Shown here: positions 12,100-24,000 of the stretch, one piece after another | Layout: each line of letters starts with the position of its first letter | Position numbering within the stretch: position 1 is the first letter of the stretch | Source of the DNA: Anthoceros angustus | Taxonomy: Eukaryota > Plantae > Anthocerotophyta | Length of the DNA: 64,000 nt | Direction of reading: 5' to 3' | Assembly (NCBI GenBank): GCA_010909165.1 | Contig: MU008153.1 | Coordinates: forward strand, 124,001-188,000 | The notes under the pieces: model-generated | The model's input: only the letters and a program-made list of their open reading frames with translations | Database searches by the model: none | What the model was told of the DNA's origin: nothing | Made by a program: the position numbers and the translations under genes

Positions 12100-13300
12100 G
12101 CCACATTGCAGTATGTGAAGACTGGGCAAATGGATGCTAGCTTGGATGCACATCAGCAAGAGAAGGTACAGCAGAGAGCAGCCTGTTATGAGTGGAGGGA
12201 TGGGTACCTGCTGAGGAGGCTGGCCAACGGGGCTGAACGTTTGGTGCCTCCACCACAGGATCGTACAGGGCTTATCCATAGGGTGCATGAAGATCTAGGC
12301 CATTTTGGTGTGAAGCGCACCTCCCGCTTCCATCCACATTTCCACCGGCATGGCATGTTCACTCGGTGCGAGGAGGTGGCTGTGTGTGCTCAATGTGGTC
12401 AAGGCTTCTTTAGCAACCCTCATTCGTAGGCAGTGCTGCCCATCATGGGACTCTTCTTTAGGTGGTCCTGTGACTTGGTGGAGAATTTCCACGACACCAC
12501 GTGGCAATGTTTACATCATGGTCATGATTGAACATTTTGCGAAGTGGGTGGAACTGGTAGCACTTCCGGACAAGACATCACGAAGCACACCAAGCATTTT
12601 GCACAATGTGCTTAGCGATTTGGGGCGATCTTGAGTGTCTCGACGTGGAGTCAATTCGAGGTGAGTTTCAGGATCTACTGGATGGTGCACTTATTGACCA
12701 CCGGCGCACAAGCCGTGATCACCCACAAGCAGACGGGTTGGCTGAGAGGATGGTGCAGACCATCAAACAGGCGTTGAGAAATCTATGCCTCACCAAGCCC
12801 AAGACAGATTGGGACTTGGCTTTGCCATACATTGCTATGGGCTACAGGATGAGCAAGCATGCATCACTGGCCAACTTCTCACCTTACTTCCTTTTGTTTG
12901 GAAGAGAGCCAGTACCACCTGTGGCCATTGCTCGCCAGATGCAAGAAGTGTTGAGTTTGGATGACCACCGCATGGGCCAAGGCTATTGGGGAACGTGCCT
13001 TATTAGGCGGTGATGCCAATGGCTATGGCCAATCTCAAGATAGCTCAAGATCGTGATACACTCGGTATGCTCATACCGGAGTGGGAGTTTCCACCCTAAG
13101 GTCGGAAATTTCAGCGGGGACTATGTCTATCTACGGCGGCAAACACAGGATACTTTGGAGCCTAGCACTAGCAGACATGTGTTACGGTTGCGAGAGGTGC
13201 GTAGGAATGGAGTGCTGTTGCTGGAAGGGTCAGATGGGAGGGTCACCACAGACCACATGAAGAACTGCGCCCCTTGCCATCTGCCCAACTTGGACCCCAC
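12100..13300 (+). CDS. Gypsy integrase (frameshifted)
   Basis: HEDLGHFGVKRT zinc-finger part, MIEHFAKWVELVALP, HPQADGLAERMVQTIKQAL, FSPYFLLFGREP, GDYVYLRR. Confidence 0.92.
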
Positions 13301-13340
13301 GCTGGTCACGACAAATTGGGTCCCTCCGGTTGACTATCCA

Positions 13341-13465
13341 TGTCGGTGTGCGAGAATTGATGATCCAGCACTCATGTTGTTGTGTGATGGTGCAATGGCG
13401 GCTACCACCTATTTTGTCTTGACCACCGATCGAGGTGCCGAGAATTCGTGGTATTGCCCCTTTGC
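13341..13465 (+). CDS. PHD finger (C4HC3) at the integrase C-terminus
   Basis: Allowing about 3 single-base indels it reads C..C..IDDPALMLLCDGCNGGYHLFCL......P..SWYCP.C. Confidence 0.82.
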
Positions 13466-13726
13466 CGAGCTAGGGACACCGATAATGTGATCGGTGACTC
13501 CTTGGATTTTCCTTTGGCATCCGATGAGCTTGCTCAGCTTTGGTGGCTTGTAGCACCACCAGGGGGATGAGGATTTACCGTGATTCCGTTCATCCTCGCT
13601 CATTTTCTCACAACACGTTCATAGCGACCTACCGTAGAGTGTGAGGTTAGGACTTTCGTCACAGACAATTTTGGTTGCCTAATGTCAAGGGCACTTTTGG
13701 CTAACACTGTTTCAAGACGATACCGC

Positions 13727-14389
13727 TGTTACGCTGATTAATTAGGTTAGCTAATTAATTAACCTAGGTAATTAGGCTGATTACTAGATAACCAGTCCGA
13801 ATTAGGCAGGCATGAAACGTGTGGGTTTGTTTAGGGCTCGGGAGCGAGGCGTGAAGGGCAAACATATGATGCTGGATGATGGCGAACGTGAGTGACTGGG
13901 CAGCTCGGGCATTATTACGCAAGATGGTCGTGAGGTTGCGGCGTGGGCGCATGGCGCCGACGGTATGGAGTGAGACCGCGGCACCAGCAAGTGCGCAGAT
14001 AAGTACCGATGCGGGGCTTAGCAGTAGTTGTCGAAGTTCTCAAGTAGCGACTTTTGCGGCGCTTGGACCTTCCGTGTGGCTGGGGACATAAGATATCTTT
14101 GTGTGATTTCTCGATGTCGGAGCAAGTCGTGAGCGTCATGTCGTGTGTGTGTGCAGGTGTGTCGTGTTGATCTTTGGTGAGGACTTCTGCAACTCACCGA
14201 ATCTGGTTTGTTAGGCGGTGTGCTGAAGATCTGCTGGTGTTGAGTTGGTCGATCTGGCGGGGCCGCCCGTGGGTGTTGTGAAGCAGATTGCGTCACGGTG
14301 GTTCACTGCTCGCGATTTTGCCCAAACACTGGTTTTGAGTGAACAAGACACATTAGCGCTCCTTGCACGATGTTTCTTCGTATGGTTTT
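13727..14389 (+). repeat. 3' LTR copy of the Gypsy-DNMT element
   Basis: Starts TGTTACGC and is homologous to the 5' LTR up to ...TATGGTTTT. It is separated from the PPT by about 160 bp that duplicate 14390-14545. Confidence 0.78.
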
Positions 14390-17300
14390 GATGAGGATTT
14401 ACCAGATTCCGTTCATCCTCGCTCATTTTCTCACAACACGTTCATAGCGACCTACTCGAGAGTGTGAGGTTAGGACTTTCGTTCGCGTACAATTTTGGTT
14501 GCCTAATGTCAAGGGCACTTTTGGCTAACACTGTTTCAGCACGACAAACCTACGAGTCAAAAGACATGATGACTGAGGTTGCTGCGACGCTGCACTTCCA
14601 AAATCTCTGCATGAAGGAGAGCGACTCTGTTGAGAGTCATGTTGCTAGGTTTAGGGCTGCTAGAGCCAAACTAGCATCTTGCGGAGTCATCCTTTCTGAG
14701 TCTAGAGCTGCAGTACAGTTGCTAGCCTCACTTCCCCCCAGTTATGAGTAGTTTAGTTCCAACAAGCAAGCAACAGCAACAGTAGTCCCTGCCACTGCCA
14801 CTCAACCTGCATCATCAAATCTCACTGTTCAGAAAGTTGTTGGAGCCCTCCTACAGGCTGAAGCCAACAGAAAACATATGCAAAAGGGAGCATCCTCTAG
14901 TTCTTACAAGCGGTGATACCGCCTTTATTCCGGCAGAGGTCGAGGTAGAGGCAGAGGGGCGTGGACGTGGTGGCGAGGGGCTTTGGAAGAGGACGTGGTC
15001 ACCTCACAATTCAAATTCCTCTTCATCTACCAAGCCCGGTAACCTAATTATTGTAATAAACCAGACAATTTTGGATTAAAGACTGCAGGAAGAGAATTAG
15101 AGATGAAGCAAAGAAAAGGTAGGCACACATCGAAACAAATCTGAGCTAGCACACAGCCTCGGTGGCATGTCTTACCTCATCGAAGAAAGGATGTCAGAAG
15201 TGGTTTCTAGACAGTGGGGCCTCGAATCACATGTGCTCAAACAGAAGTCATTTATTACCTATGAGCCGTCTTCCGTGTGTCATCAAACAGCGGTTGTTTT
15301 AGGGGATGACTCCACCATACCCATTAGGGGTTCTGGAACCATACAAATCACTTTGAAGGATGGGAGCTCCTTACTCTTAGAGAATTCCCTGCATGTTCCA
15401 ATCGCTAAAAACCTGGTGAGTACAATGGCACTAGGAAAGACGAATCAATACAGGATTACCTTTGAAGGTACTGAATGTTACATATCGAGACTGTCAACCC
15501 CAACTGTCCCTATTGCGCAAGGAACACCACTATTTGACCTTTACCTCATGGATTTCATATCGACATTCCTCCGATTATGCCTGCCACAAGCATCGCAGCA
15601 AGTTAGCTACGAGTGCCTTTAAGTGGCACTGTAGGTTGGGGCATCCTAATATAAAAGCAATGCGAAGATTGCTGCGAGAGAAAATGGTAACTGGATTTGG
15701 TGAATCAGAATTACCTGACCTTGACCTGTGTGTGTGCATGGCAAACAATTTAAGTCACACTTCGGGAGTGGAAAACCTCGCAAGGCAACAGAACTGTTAG
15801 ATTTGGTCCACACAGATATCTGTGGGCCAATGTCAGTGAACTCATGGGGAGGAGCAAGATATTTTGTGGTGTTTGAAGATGACCAATCACATTTTACAGT
15901 CACTGAACTTCTTCACCAGAAAAGTCAGGTCTTCGACAGCTTCAAACGATATCTTGCATATGCAGAAAGGCAGACTGGGAAGAAGCTCAAATGCATCCGC
16001 TCCGATAATGGAAAGGAATATCTATCTACTGCCCGTGAGTTCGGGAGAAAGGAATTACACGTCAACTTACCATTCCATATCATTCAGATATGAATGGACG
16101 TGCAGAATGGAGACATAGGACTATCCAAGACGCTAGGGCACTTGCTTGTGGAGGTTACCAATTGCTTCGGGCGCACAAGTGGCAACGTATCTCCAAAACA
16201 GATAGTTGTCTCTCTTCAAGGTGCACTTCAAGCCCTGGACTAGTAGTAAGCCCGATCTTTCTCACCTTGAGTTTTTGGTAGTACTTTATGCACATATCCC
16301 GCATAAGCCACGTAAGTTTTCTTTTAAATCTAAAAGACACATCTTCATAGGCTACACTCCTGGAATACACGGTTATAAGTTGTTTGAACCACAAACCCGT
16401 CGTGTCATTCATGCTCGTACTGTAGCCTTCGATGAGCGTTCTGTTCTTGAGCCTCCTACACACTCCTTTAACGATTTTGTAGATCCTGAGTCTGTAGAAT
16501 TGGCTCAACCCACAGAAATCGACGTTACTGACCCCATAGTGGATGATAGTGATTCTGACGTAGTCGAATTCCCTGGTCAAGATCCTTCTTACCTTGAACT
16601 CGACACTGGAGGCCTGCTCCACACAGCCCACTTGTTCCCCCGCTGTCCAGCCTCCTAATCCACCAAGACCAGATCCACCACCCTCAGATGATGATGATGA
16701 CCCTCAGTCTGATGCTGCTCCAGTTGTAGTGCCCCCTGACCTTCCTGACGATTGGTTTGTTGACGATCCGGTTGAGTATGTGATGCCGGTTCCTCAGACA
16801 GAACCTCCTAGAAGGTCCACAAGGGTTCGCAGACCTCCTGCACAGTGGCGTGAACCCCCCTATCGGAGTGAAGATTTTCGTAAGGTTCCTCGGCCACATG
16901 GGTCTGCTGTCGATGAAGTTGTTGTGGACATGGTGAACGTTATCACCAATCCTGGATATGAGCCGTCCACCTACCACGAGGTCACCATCGGATCAGAAGC
17001 CAAACATTGGAAAGCAGCTATAAAATGTGAGTATGACTCATTGATCCAGAACAATACCTGGGAGTTATGCCGCCCGCCTGAGGGGAGGAAGATTGTTACA
17101 TCCAAGTGGGTGTTTAAACTCAAATATAAAGCAGACGGGAGCATTGCCAGGTATAAAGCTCGTCTTGTCGCTCGCGGTTTTTCTCAAGTCCCAGGCTTGG
17201 ACTATCATGATACCTTCTCACCAGTTGTTAAGTCTCAGTCCCTCAGAGTCTTGTTCTCCATGTCTGCATTCTTTGGTCTCCATATTCATCAAATGGACGT

Positions 17301-18654
17301 CAAGACTGCCTTCCTGCATGGTAAGTTAGAAGAGGAAATATTCATGCAAAGAACCGAGGGTTTTGAGTTTGTAGGGAAAGAAGACTGGGTTTGTAAGTTA
17401 CTTAAGACCATTTATGGTCTGAAGCAGAGTCCACGTGCCTGGTACGAGTGTATAGATGAGTTTCTCCTTGGCTGGGTTTCCTCAAGAGTTCTGCAGACAC
17501 CAATGTGTACTTCCTGCAAGAGCAAATAGGTTATGTTATTTTAGCTCTGTATGTAGATGATTGCATTCTGCTAGGAACTAACTTAGAGGGAATTTCAGAG
17601 TCAAGGGTCCGCTTGTCGTCATGGTTTTTCTCAAGTCCTGTGCTTGACTATCATGATACCTTCTCACGCCTGTTAAGTCTCCTCGTAGTCTTGTTCTCCA
17701 TGTCCGCATTCTTTGGTCTCCATATTCATCAAATGGACGCCAAGACCGCCTTCCCGCATGGTAAGTTAGAAGAGGAAATATTCATGCAAAGAACCGAGGG
17801 TTTTGAGTTTGTAGGGAAAGAAGACTGGTTTGTAAGTTACTTAAGACCATTTATGGTCCGGGCGAGTCCACGTGCACGAGTGTATAGATGAGTTTCTCCT
17901 TGGCTGGGTTTCCTCAAGAGTTCTGCAGACACCAATGTGTACTTCTGCAAGAGCAAATAGGTTATGTTATTTTAGCTCGTATGTAGATGATTGCATTCGC
18001 TAGGAACTAACTTAGAGGGAATTTCAGAGTCAAGGGTCCGCTTGTCGTCATGGTTTTTCTCAAGTCCTGTGCTTGACTATCATGATACCTTCTCACCGGT
18101 TGTCAAGTCTCGGTCCCTCGTAGTCTTGTTCTCCATGTCCGCATTCTTTGGTCTCCATATTCATCAAATGGACGCCAAGACCGCCTTCCCGCATGGTAAG
18201 TTAGAAGAGGAAATATTCATGCAAAGAACCGAGGGTTTTGAGTTTGTAGGGAAAGAAGACTGGTTTGTAAGTTACTTAAGACCATTTATGGTCCGGGCGA
18301 GTCCACGTGCACGAGTGTATAGATGAGTTTCTCCTTGGGCTGGGTTTCCTCAAGAGTTCTGCAGACACCAATGTGTACTTCCTGCAAGAGCAAATAGGTT
18401 ATGTTATTTTAGCTCTGTATGTAGATGATTGCATTCTGCTAGGAACTAACTTAGAGGGAATTTCCAGAGTCAAGGGTCTGCTGTCAGGTCGTTTTGACAT
18501 GGTTGATGTTGGAGAGCTGTCGTATTGTCTTGGCACTCAACTCCAACGTGATCCTGCTAGCGAGACATTGGTTATTCATCAAGAGAAGTATATTTATGAT
18601 ATGCTGTTCAAATACAAGTTGCTGGACGCTAAGCCTGCTCTTACATCGTTGGAA
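14390..18654 (+). mobile_element. Ty1/Copia element C gag-pol (gag, protease, integrase, RT), frameshifted
   Basis: Gag FQNLCMKESDSVESH...QLLASLPPSYE; FKWHCRLGHPN; LDLVHTDICGPM; KCIRSDNGKEY; RT 16594-17529 with YKARLVARGFSQVPGLDY and HQMDVKTAFLHG; LYVDD. Its gag covers the same domain segment as the gag at 3815-4245, so it is a different element. Confidence 0.9.
17165..18475 (+). repeat. Three tandem ~430-bp copies of an RT segment
   Basis: ARGFSQ...LEGISRV segment repeats at about 17165, 17605 and 18035; the later copies are indel-rich. Confidence 0.85.
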
Positions 18655-19256
18655 CGTTGCCTCACAAAATGGTGATGTACTTCTATATGTTTTGTACGTG
18701 CGTGAAAAACAGGATTTTGTGCTAGAGCTAGAGCGGACTGGTTGTCACAATATATTACTGTTGGATCACTCTGAGGCTGACCTACATCTGCTAACAATCT
18801 GCGCAGCCAAATTGCCTCCTTTGCCGCTTGAGTCAGAGCTGAGTATTCTGCCTCAGTAGAGGACAGTGACACAGTTGATTGTTTCTTAGAAGACCAGGTC
18901 ACAGCTCCACCTGCAAGTAGGAAGGCGTGAAGATCGACCTTGCCGGATCAGCCCGTACCGATCACAGATCCAACAAGAGTGAACCCTTCCTCGTCATAGC
19001 CCTGTTTTGTGTAATGTATGCCATGTCTGCTAGTACCCTTGAGATAACGTAGTATTCTCTTAACTGCTGTCCAATGCGCTCTTCCAGGTTGCTTCAAGTG
19101 CTGAGAAACCATGCTAACCGGGAGGGCTACATCGGGCCTGCTATTGTTGGAACAGAAGATAAGAGAGCCAACAGCTTGAGCATAGGGAACTGTTTCCATC
19201 TCAGCTCTCTCAGCATCTGTTTCGGGTGACTGAGAACTGGTAAGTTTGCACCTTGC
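18655..19256 (-). mobile_element. Inverted RT C-terminus and RNase H of Copia C
   Basis: Minus strand: VPYAQAVGSL, SRPDV, HWTAVKRILRYLKGT, WSSKKQSTVSLSSTEAEY, YCDNQSA, HARTKHIEVHHHFVR. Confidence 0.9.
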
Positions 19257-19259
19257 TAC

Positions 19260-20520
19260 CCAATTCTCCTCGCGGCCACCACAACGACCTCCCTTCACAC
19301 CTACTTGCAGCCCAACTGCGAATTTTGCCTTCATGATGCACACCCCATTGCGATTCCTTCTCCATATCGCAGCCCATCCGCACATCGCCTTCTGTGGTGT
19401 GCCACCTCCATCTTGCAAATTGTAAATTCAGCTTGCCATGAGAGCTCTACCATGGCCTCTCCTAGTTCAGCACACGGCCCTATCATGCCATCCTCACATC
19501 ATTACTCCACTGCAAGTACTTCCACATCCTTCTAAGATCGCCATGGCCTCCTCTTGCAAATGACTAGCATTGATTGCACCATAACTCCTTCTCTGCCTCT
19601 TCATCCTTCGCCTTGTGGCCTTCACCGCAACATGTGCCAGGCACTCCAATTCCCTTCCTGCAGAGGCTGCCTACCACGTGGGGCTGCCTACCTACCTGGT
19701 CTTTGGGTACCCAGGCTATAGTGGGTACCCCACTCACCCTTGTACGTGTTGTTCCTATCACGGTAGGGTGTGCACCTACCATGGTAGGCGTCTCCCTATA
19801 CACCATTTGGCCCTATCCGGCCTGCATCTCTTGAGCTCCTCTCTGGGGCTCGCTCATGGAGGTTTCCTCCTCCTCCGGCAGCAACCCCTCGGGTTCTACC
19901 ACTGCTTCCTCCTCTTCCTTCGCAGAGTCCTCCAGCCTTGATGCTGCAGCGCTTGACGATGCCTGTCCTCCGAGTGTCATAAAAGGCAATGGTCTTTCCA
20001 TGCTTGGCCTGAGATGGACAATCTCGAATGGATGCCAAGAACCTTCCAGCTCCTTGCAATTTCCACACACACACCCCGGCCTTGACCTCGCCCTTGCTCA
20101 CAATTCCCCTAGCTCTTATACCCTTGCTTTTCCAGCACGAGTTTCCAATTGCTGTGATTTCGAAAGAAGGAATTCTCTAAGGTTCACGGATTCTTACATC
20201 TTCTCCAGCAAGTTGAGAGTCCCTTCTCCGCAATGTCTCTTCAATTTTGACATGCCTTGCTCTTCCCAACACTCCTTTGGGCTTGGGCAAGCATTGCCTT
20301 CTTCCTTCCACCCCGGCCCTTTCCTTCCTTCTTCTTCTCTTGTTGCACTCCTACTTGTCTTGCCTATTTTCCTCCTCTCACGCCTAGCTTGCACCCCTCT
20401 TCTCTATCCCTGCACAAGCGCACGTACATCGCAATACTGTGTGGGGCTCTTCTACAGCTCTTGGTGTGGCGGCGCCTTCCTGCAGTGTTGGCGCTTCCTC
20501 ACCTTCAAGTTGTGACCTCC
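19260..20520 (-). mobile_element. Degenerate retroelement-like ORF remnant (K/E-rich region, two CCHC-like knuckles)
   Basis: Minus-strand TCCGEGHKAKD and WCNQC..GGH. Shares the motif gttgcccaaactttt(g)cgttccacag (about 21066) with about 22914. Confidence 0.4.
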
Positions 20521-21175
20521 TACACACATGCAGCAGATTATAAAGATAACTTGGGGGTTAGGAATGGTAACTACCAATCTACTCTGCCCTTGGATATGCA
20601 CCACGTGGCACCTTTTCTACAGTTGATTGGAGTTTCCCAATTCCTCTTATACTAAGATACTATTTTCCCCCTAGTTTCCTAATGGCCCAATCTAGCTTTT
20701 AATTTCCTATTCGACCCATTTATCTAGTCCACTATTGGTGGGCATATATAGTGGATATACCTTTATCCTAATTTTCCTTTTTGTCCGAGATCTCGACCTA
20801 CCGTGGTAGTCCGCCTACCGTGGTAGTCCGCTCCTCTCTAGCTTGCACCCCTCTTCTCTGACTCTTGGTGTGGCGCCTTCTGCGGTGTTGGCGCTTCCTC
20901 CTCTTGCCTTCCTATCGCCCAGGGTCATTTTGACCCGTTCTTCTTCCTCGGATATCCTCTCGCCTCCCTAACAAGATCCTACAACTCCGCTTCAAGATTT
21001 GAAAATCCTTCAATCATTTTAGCCAAAAAATCAATTTCGTTAGTCCTCCGGCTCTTTTGGGCTGGTTGCCCAAACTTTTGCGTTCCACAGAGTGCGGTGC
21101 GCGTGGCGACACTCGTGGAGTCTGTTTTTAGTTTCATGCTATTTCTGATATAACTGTATACCCAATGAGAGGGGG

Positions 21176-21387
21176 TGTTACAGATAATAATAATACATTA
21201 CTTATCTTACATTGGGTAATACCTAATATGATGGTAAACCCTAATGACTGTAGTTAGTTGTAACCGTTTCATGGGTCCAGGACATATGTTCATGGTTCCC
21301 CTTTTGTTTAATCAGTTTTTGTTCATTGCTGTGTATGCGAGTGTGAGGATCGATCGTCGTGTGCATCAGCATGTAGCAAACTTCACA
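21176..21387 (+). repeat. 3' LTR of Copia B, preceded by PPT
   Basis: GAGAGGGGG immediately before TGTTACAG; ends CTTCACA followed by the AAAGC TSD. Confidence 0.93.
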
Positions 21388-21962
21388 AAAGCTTCAGCCC
21401 AGTAGCCACGAGTTAGTCCAGCAAAAATCAAGGAAGCGAGAGTGGACTCCCGTAATGTTCTGTTCTTCTGGATCCTTTCAACAAGTGAGTTTTGAGCAGG
21501 TGTATAAGGTACAGTAAATTGATGCTGAATCCCCTCATAAGCACAAAATGATGCGAAGGCCTTGTTGGTATACTGTCCTCCGTTGTCTGTGCGAAGAATA
21601 CAAACCTTTACTCTTGTCTGACGTTGAGCTGTTGTGACATATTGCTGGAAACAGGACAAGGCTTCACTTTTGTGGCAAAGAGGAAATATTGTACACTACC
21701 GGCTCCATTCGTCAACAAACGTTATGAAGTAATCAGCACCTCCAAAGGAGCGTGTGGTCAAGGGGCCACATATGTCACTATGGACCGTGTGAAGGAGGCC
21801 CTCTGCCCTCGTCGGGAACTTGTCTTTATAAAAAGGTAAAGAGTGAGCCTTGCTGACAACGATTGGTGCCAATTTCTCTCCGATTTCCAACTCGCGGGTA
21901 AGACCAGCGCTTGCACCTTTCTTGCCCTTCAAGCCGTCAATCCTCAATGCTTCAAAAACCAC
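21388..21962 (-). mobile_element. Copia A integrase core (continuation left of Copia B)
   Basis: HTVHSDICGP...YFITFVDEWSR; ILRTDNGGQY; QHQFTVPYTPAQN; YWAEA. Confidence 0.9.
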
Positions 21963-21964
21963 TC

Positions 21965-24000
21965 CTTCTTACTCCTCTCTAGCTTGCGCAACTCATAGTC
22001 TCTAAACATCAGCTTGCTCCGCTTATACCACGGTCGCCTCCGACATGCCCCCATCGGAGCTCATAGACGGCCACCAAGAATACGAAGTTGAACAGCTCCT
22101 CCGACATCGCACCGTTTGCGGCCGACCATAGATCCTAGTGCTCGGAAGGATTCACATTGTTCGAATCCACTTGGGAGCCTCTTGCTAACCTCATGCACCT
22201 GCAGGCCCTTCTCCGCATTATCTCAGGCACGGGATCTCAAGTACCTTGAGGTCAACGAAATGCCTCCGCCGGTGGGTAATGTAACGGATCCCATTACAAT
22301 ATAACGGGCCACCATTAGCATGCACCACACTCGTGTAACAATGCTTGATTTAAATCTGAAGGCGGTCGGAGGAAGGCCTCGATTTCCATGTCAAAGCTCT
22401 ATCATATAATTCGTGACATTGGCCCATAACATGCATGCATTCATCCTCACCTCATCCTACCATGGTCCAAGGAACTTCCCACCAGCACCCCAAAAACCAA
22501 GGACTTCCTACTTACCTGAGTAGCTATGACCAAAATCCAAGGACACTCCTCCCTTGGGTCTCGACGTCCATAGCTTCCAATGCCCACTATATATGCTAAA
22601 TACGTCGGCATGAAATATTCAATCCTACCTACTCTCCTACGACCTAGTCTAAAATGGCTTCGTCCCCAACTGCCTACCAGGACTGAAAATCTCGAAGTGA
22701 CAACCCTCCTACGGACTTCCTACACGTCATCCTACAGACCTCCTACTAGGCGCGTTTGACGCTATCCTACTACCGGACCACTACGTCCTACCGTAAATCT
22801 AACCTATTTTCTACTTGGGTAAATCCTAAAAATCAGCGTAATTCACAAAAGGAGTTTCTTAGCATAACCTTCTACAACTTTTACGTTTCTTTCTCCATTT
22901 TCTCAAAATGAAGTTGCCCAAACTTTTCGTTCCACAGTTGATATGGAGATGCGACTTGCGGCGTGGGTGTCCGAGCTCAAATGAGCCGGACCATACGATA
23001 AAGACACACCAAGTGGGTTAGTATGGGTCCATGGCGAGGACACACTTGAGAGAGCATCCGTCGGGGTGATACCCAAGCTAGTGAGCGTGGTGGCAACCAC
23101 CAACCTTCACGCAAAATTCGACTTGCATCATTTGGCTCGCACCTTCCTAATGTGGAGTATCGTCGAGCAAAGCGGTCGAAACTATGGCAGTGAGGGTCCA
23201 AATTTGCGGGTCCTCGGGGCCTTGCCTAACATTATACATATTCAGTAGGAATTGTGAACGTGCTAGGAGCGTCGTCGTCCACATCGTGTTTGCAAGAAGC
23301 TGGTCGCGATGGTTAACACGTTGGGGTACAATGCACATTTTGATCCTAACGACTTGAGGTTTGCAACCTTGTCTGGATCTTTGAACTACTTAAAGATGAA
23401 ATGCTTGCAAGCGCAATCGATTTGGCAGCGCTTCACGCAACCCTAATCGAAAATATGAGGGCCTCAAGTTGAAGCAGTTGCACCTCGACCGTCGGAATTG
23501 AGAGGGTTCACATGCGTAATGAAGTTTGAAGACAACAACTTGGGCATGAGTATCTTCCGTTCGGGACGCTCCACATCTCGGAGGAAGCACTATTGCACCG
23601 TCATACAAAGCTTTTGAACATTGTATCCCATTGTAGTGGCACATAAGAGAACAATGCCCGAGCCTAAGGCGGTGCGAGCAATTCGAGGTCGATCGATAGT
23701 AGTTCGATACACTAGGAAACTACTTCCATGAGCGAATTAAATCAAATGTGATAGAGTATAGTTTGGGTTTGGTCAATTTTATTAGTTCGAGAATTCAAAA
23801 ATGTGAAAACATTAAAAAATCGATGAAGATAAAATCGATGTTCTCACTTGCATTCATTGGAGGGGAGTTGGGGAAAGCAACATGCTCTCAACTTCCAGAA
23901 CTCGCTCGAAATTACGCCTTTTCCTCCTCCTCACATTCACGGCCGCCAACAGTTAAGGTAGTCTCCAAAATGCCCAAAACCCGGACTAACCGGTTTGCAA
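21965..24000 (+). mobile_element. Chromovirus (Gypsy) 3' fragment: chromodomain followed by probable LTR
   Basis: EYEVEQLLRHR...LV.WKGF....STWEPLANL at about 22078-22215; GGTGGGTAA then TGTAACGG at 22280. Right boundary not determined. Confidence 0.65.

Larger units (their letters stand above)
4245..14389 (+). mobile_element. Ty3/Gypsy LTR retrotransposon: gag-PR-DNMT-RT-RH-INT-PHD
   Basis: LTR-like direct repeats 4245-~4955 and 13727-14389. Gypsy domain order PR-RT-RH-INT; RT motif YIDDVLVHS; PPT AGGGGGA at 13561-13567. Confidence 0.92.
2968..21387 (+). mobile_element. Ty1/Copia element B with paired LTRs and 5-bp TSD, hosting nested insertions
   Basis: LTRs 2968-3169 and 21176-21387 (TGTTACAGATAAT...CTTCACA). 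AAAGC at both 2963-2967 and 21388-21392. Removing the element restores the Copia A integrase frame YWAEALMEANYVQNRLP. Confidence 0.93.

Noticed and set aside
13341-13465. Capture of the element's PHD finger from the nearby MMD1-like genes
   Set aside because: Different PHD subtype (LLCDGC..GYHLFCL versus MIACDVCEVWQHTRC); no sequence similarity.
13568-13726. Captured gag fragment between PPT and 3' LTR
   Set aside because: Duplicates 14390-14545 just after the LTR; the simplest explanation is local misassembly.
17605-18475. Triplicated RT domain as a novel architecture
   Set aside because: Indel-rich copies with shared errors; likely an assembly artefact.
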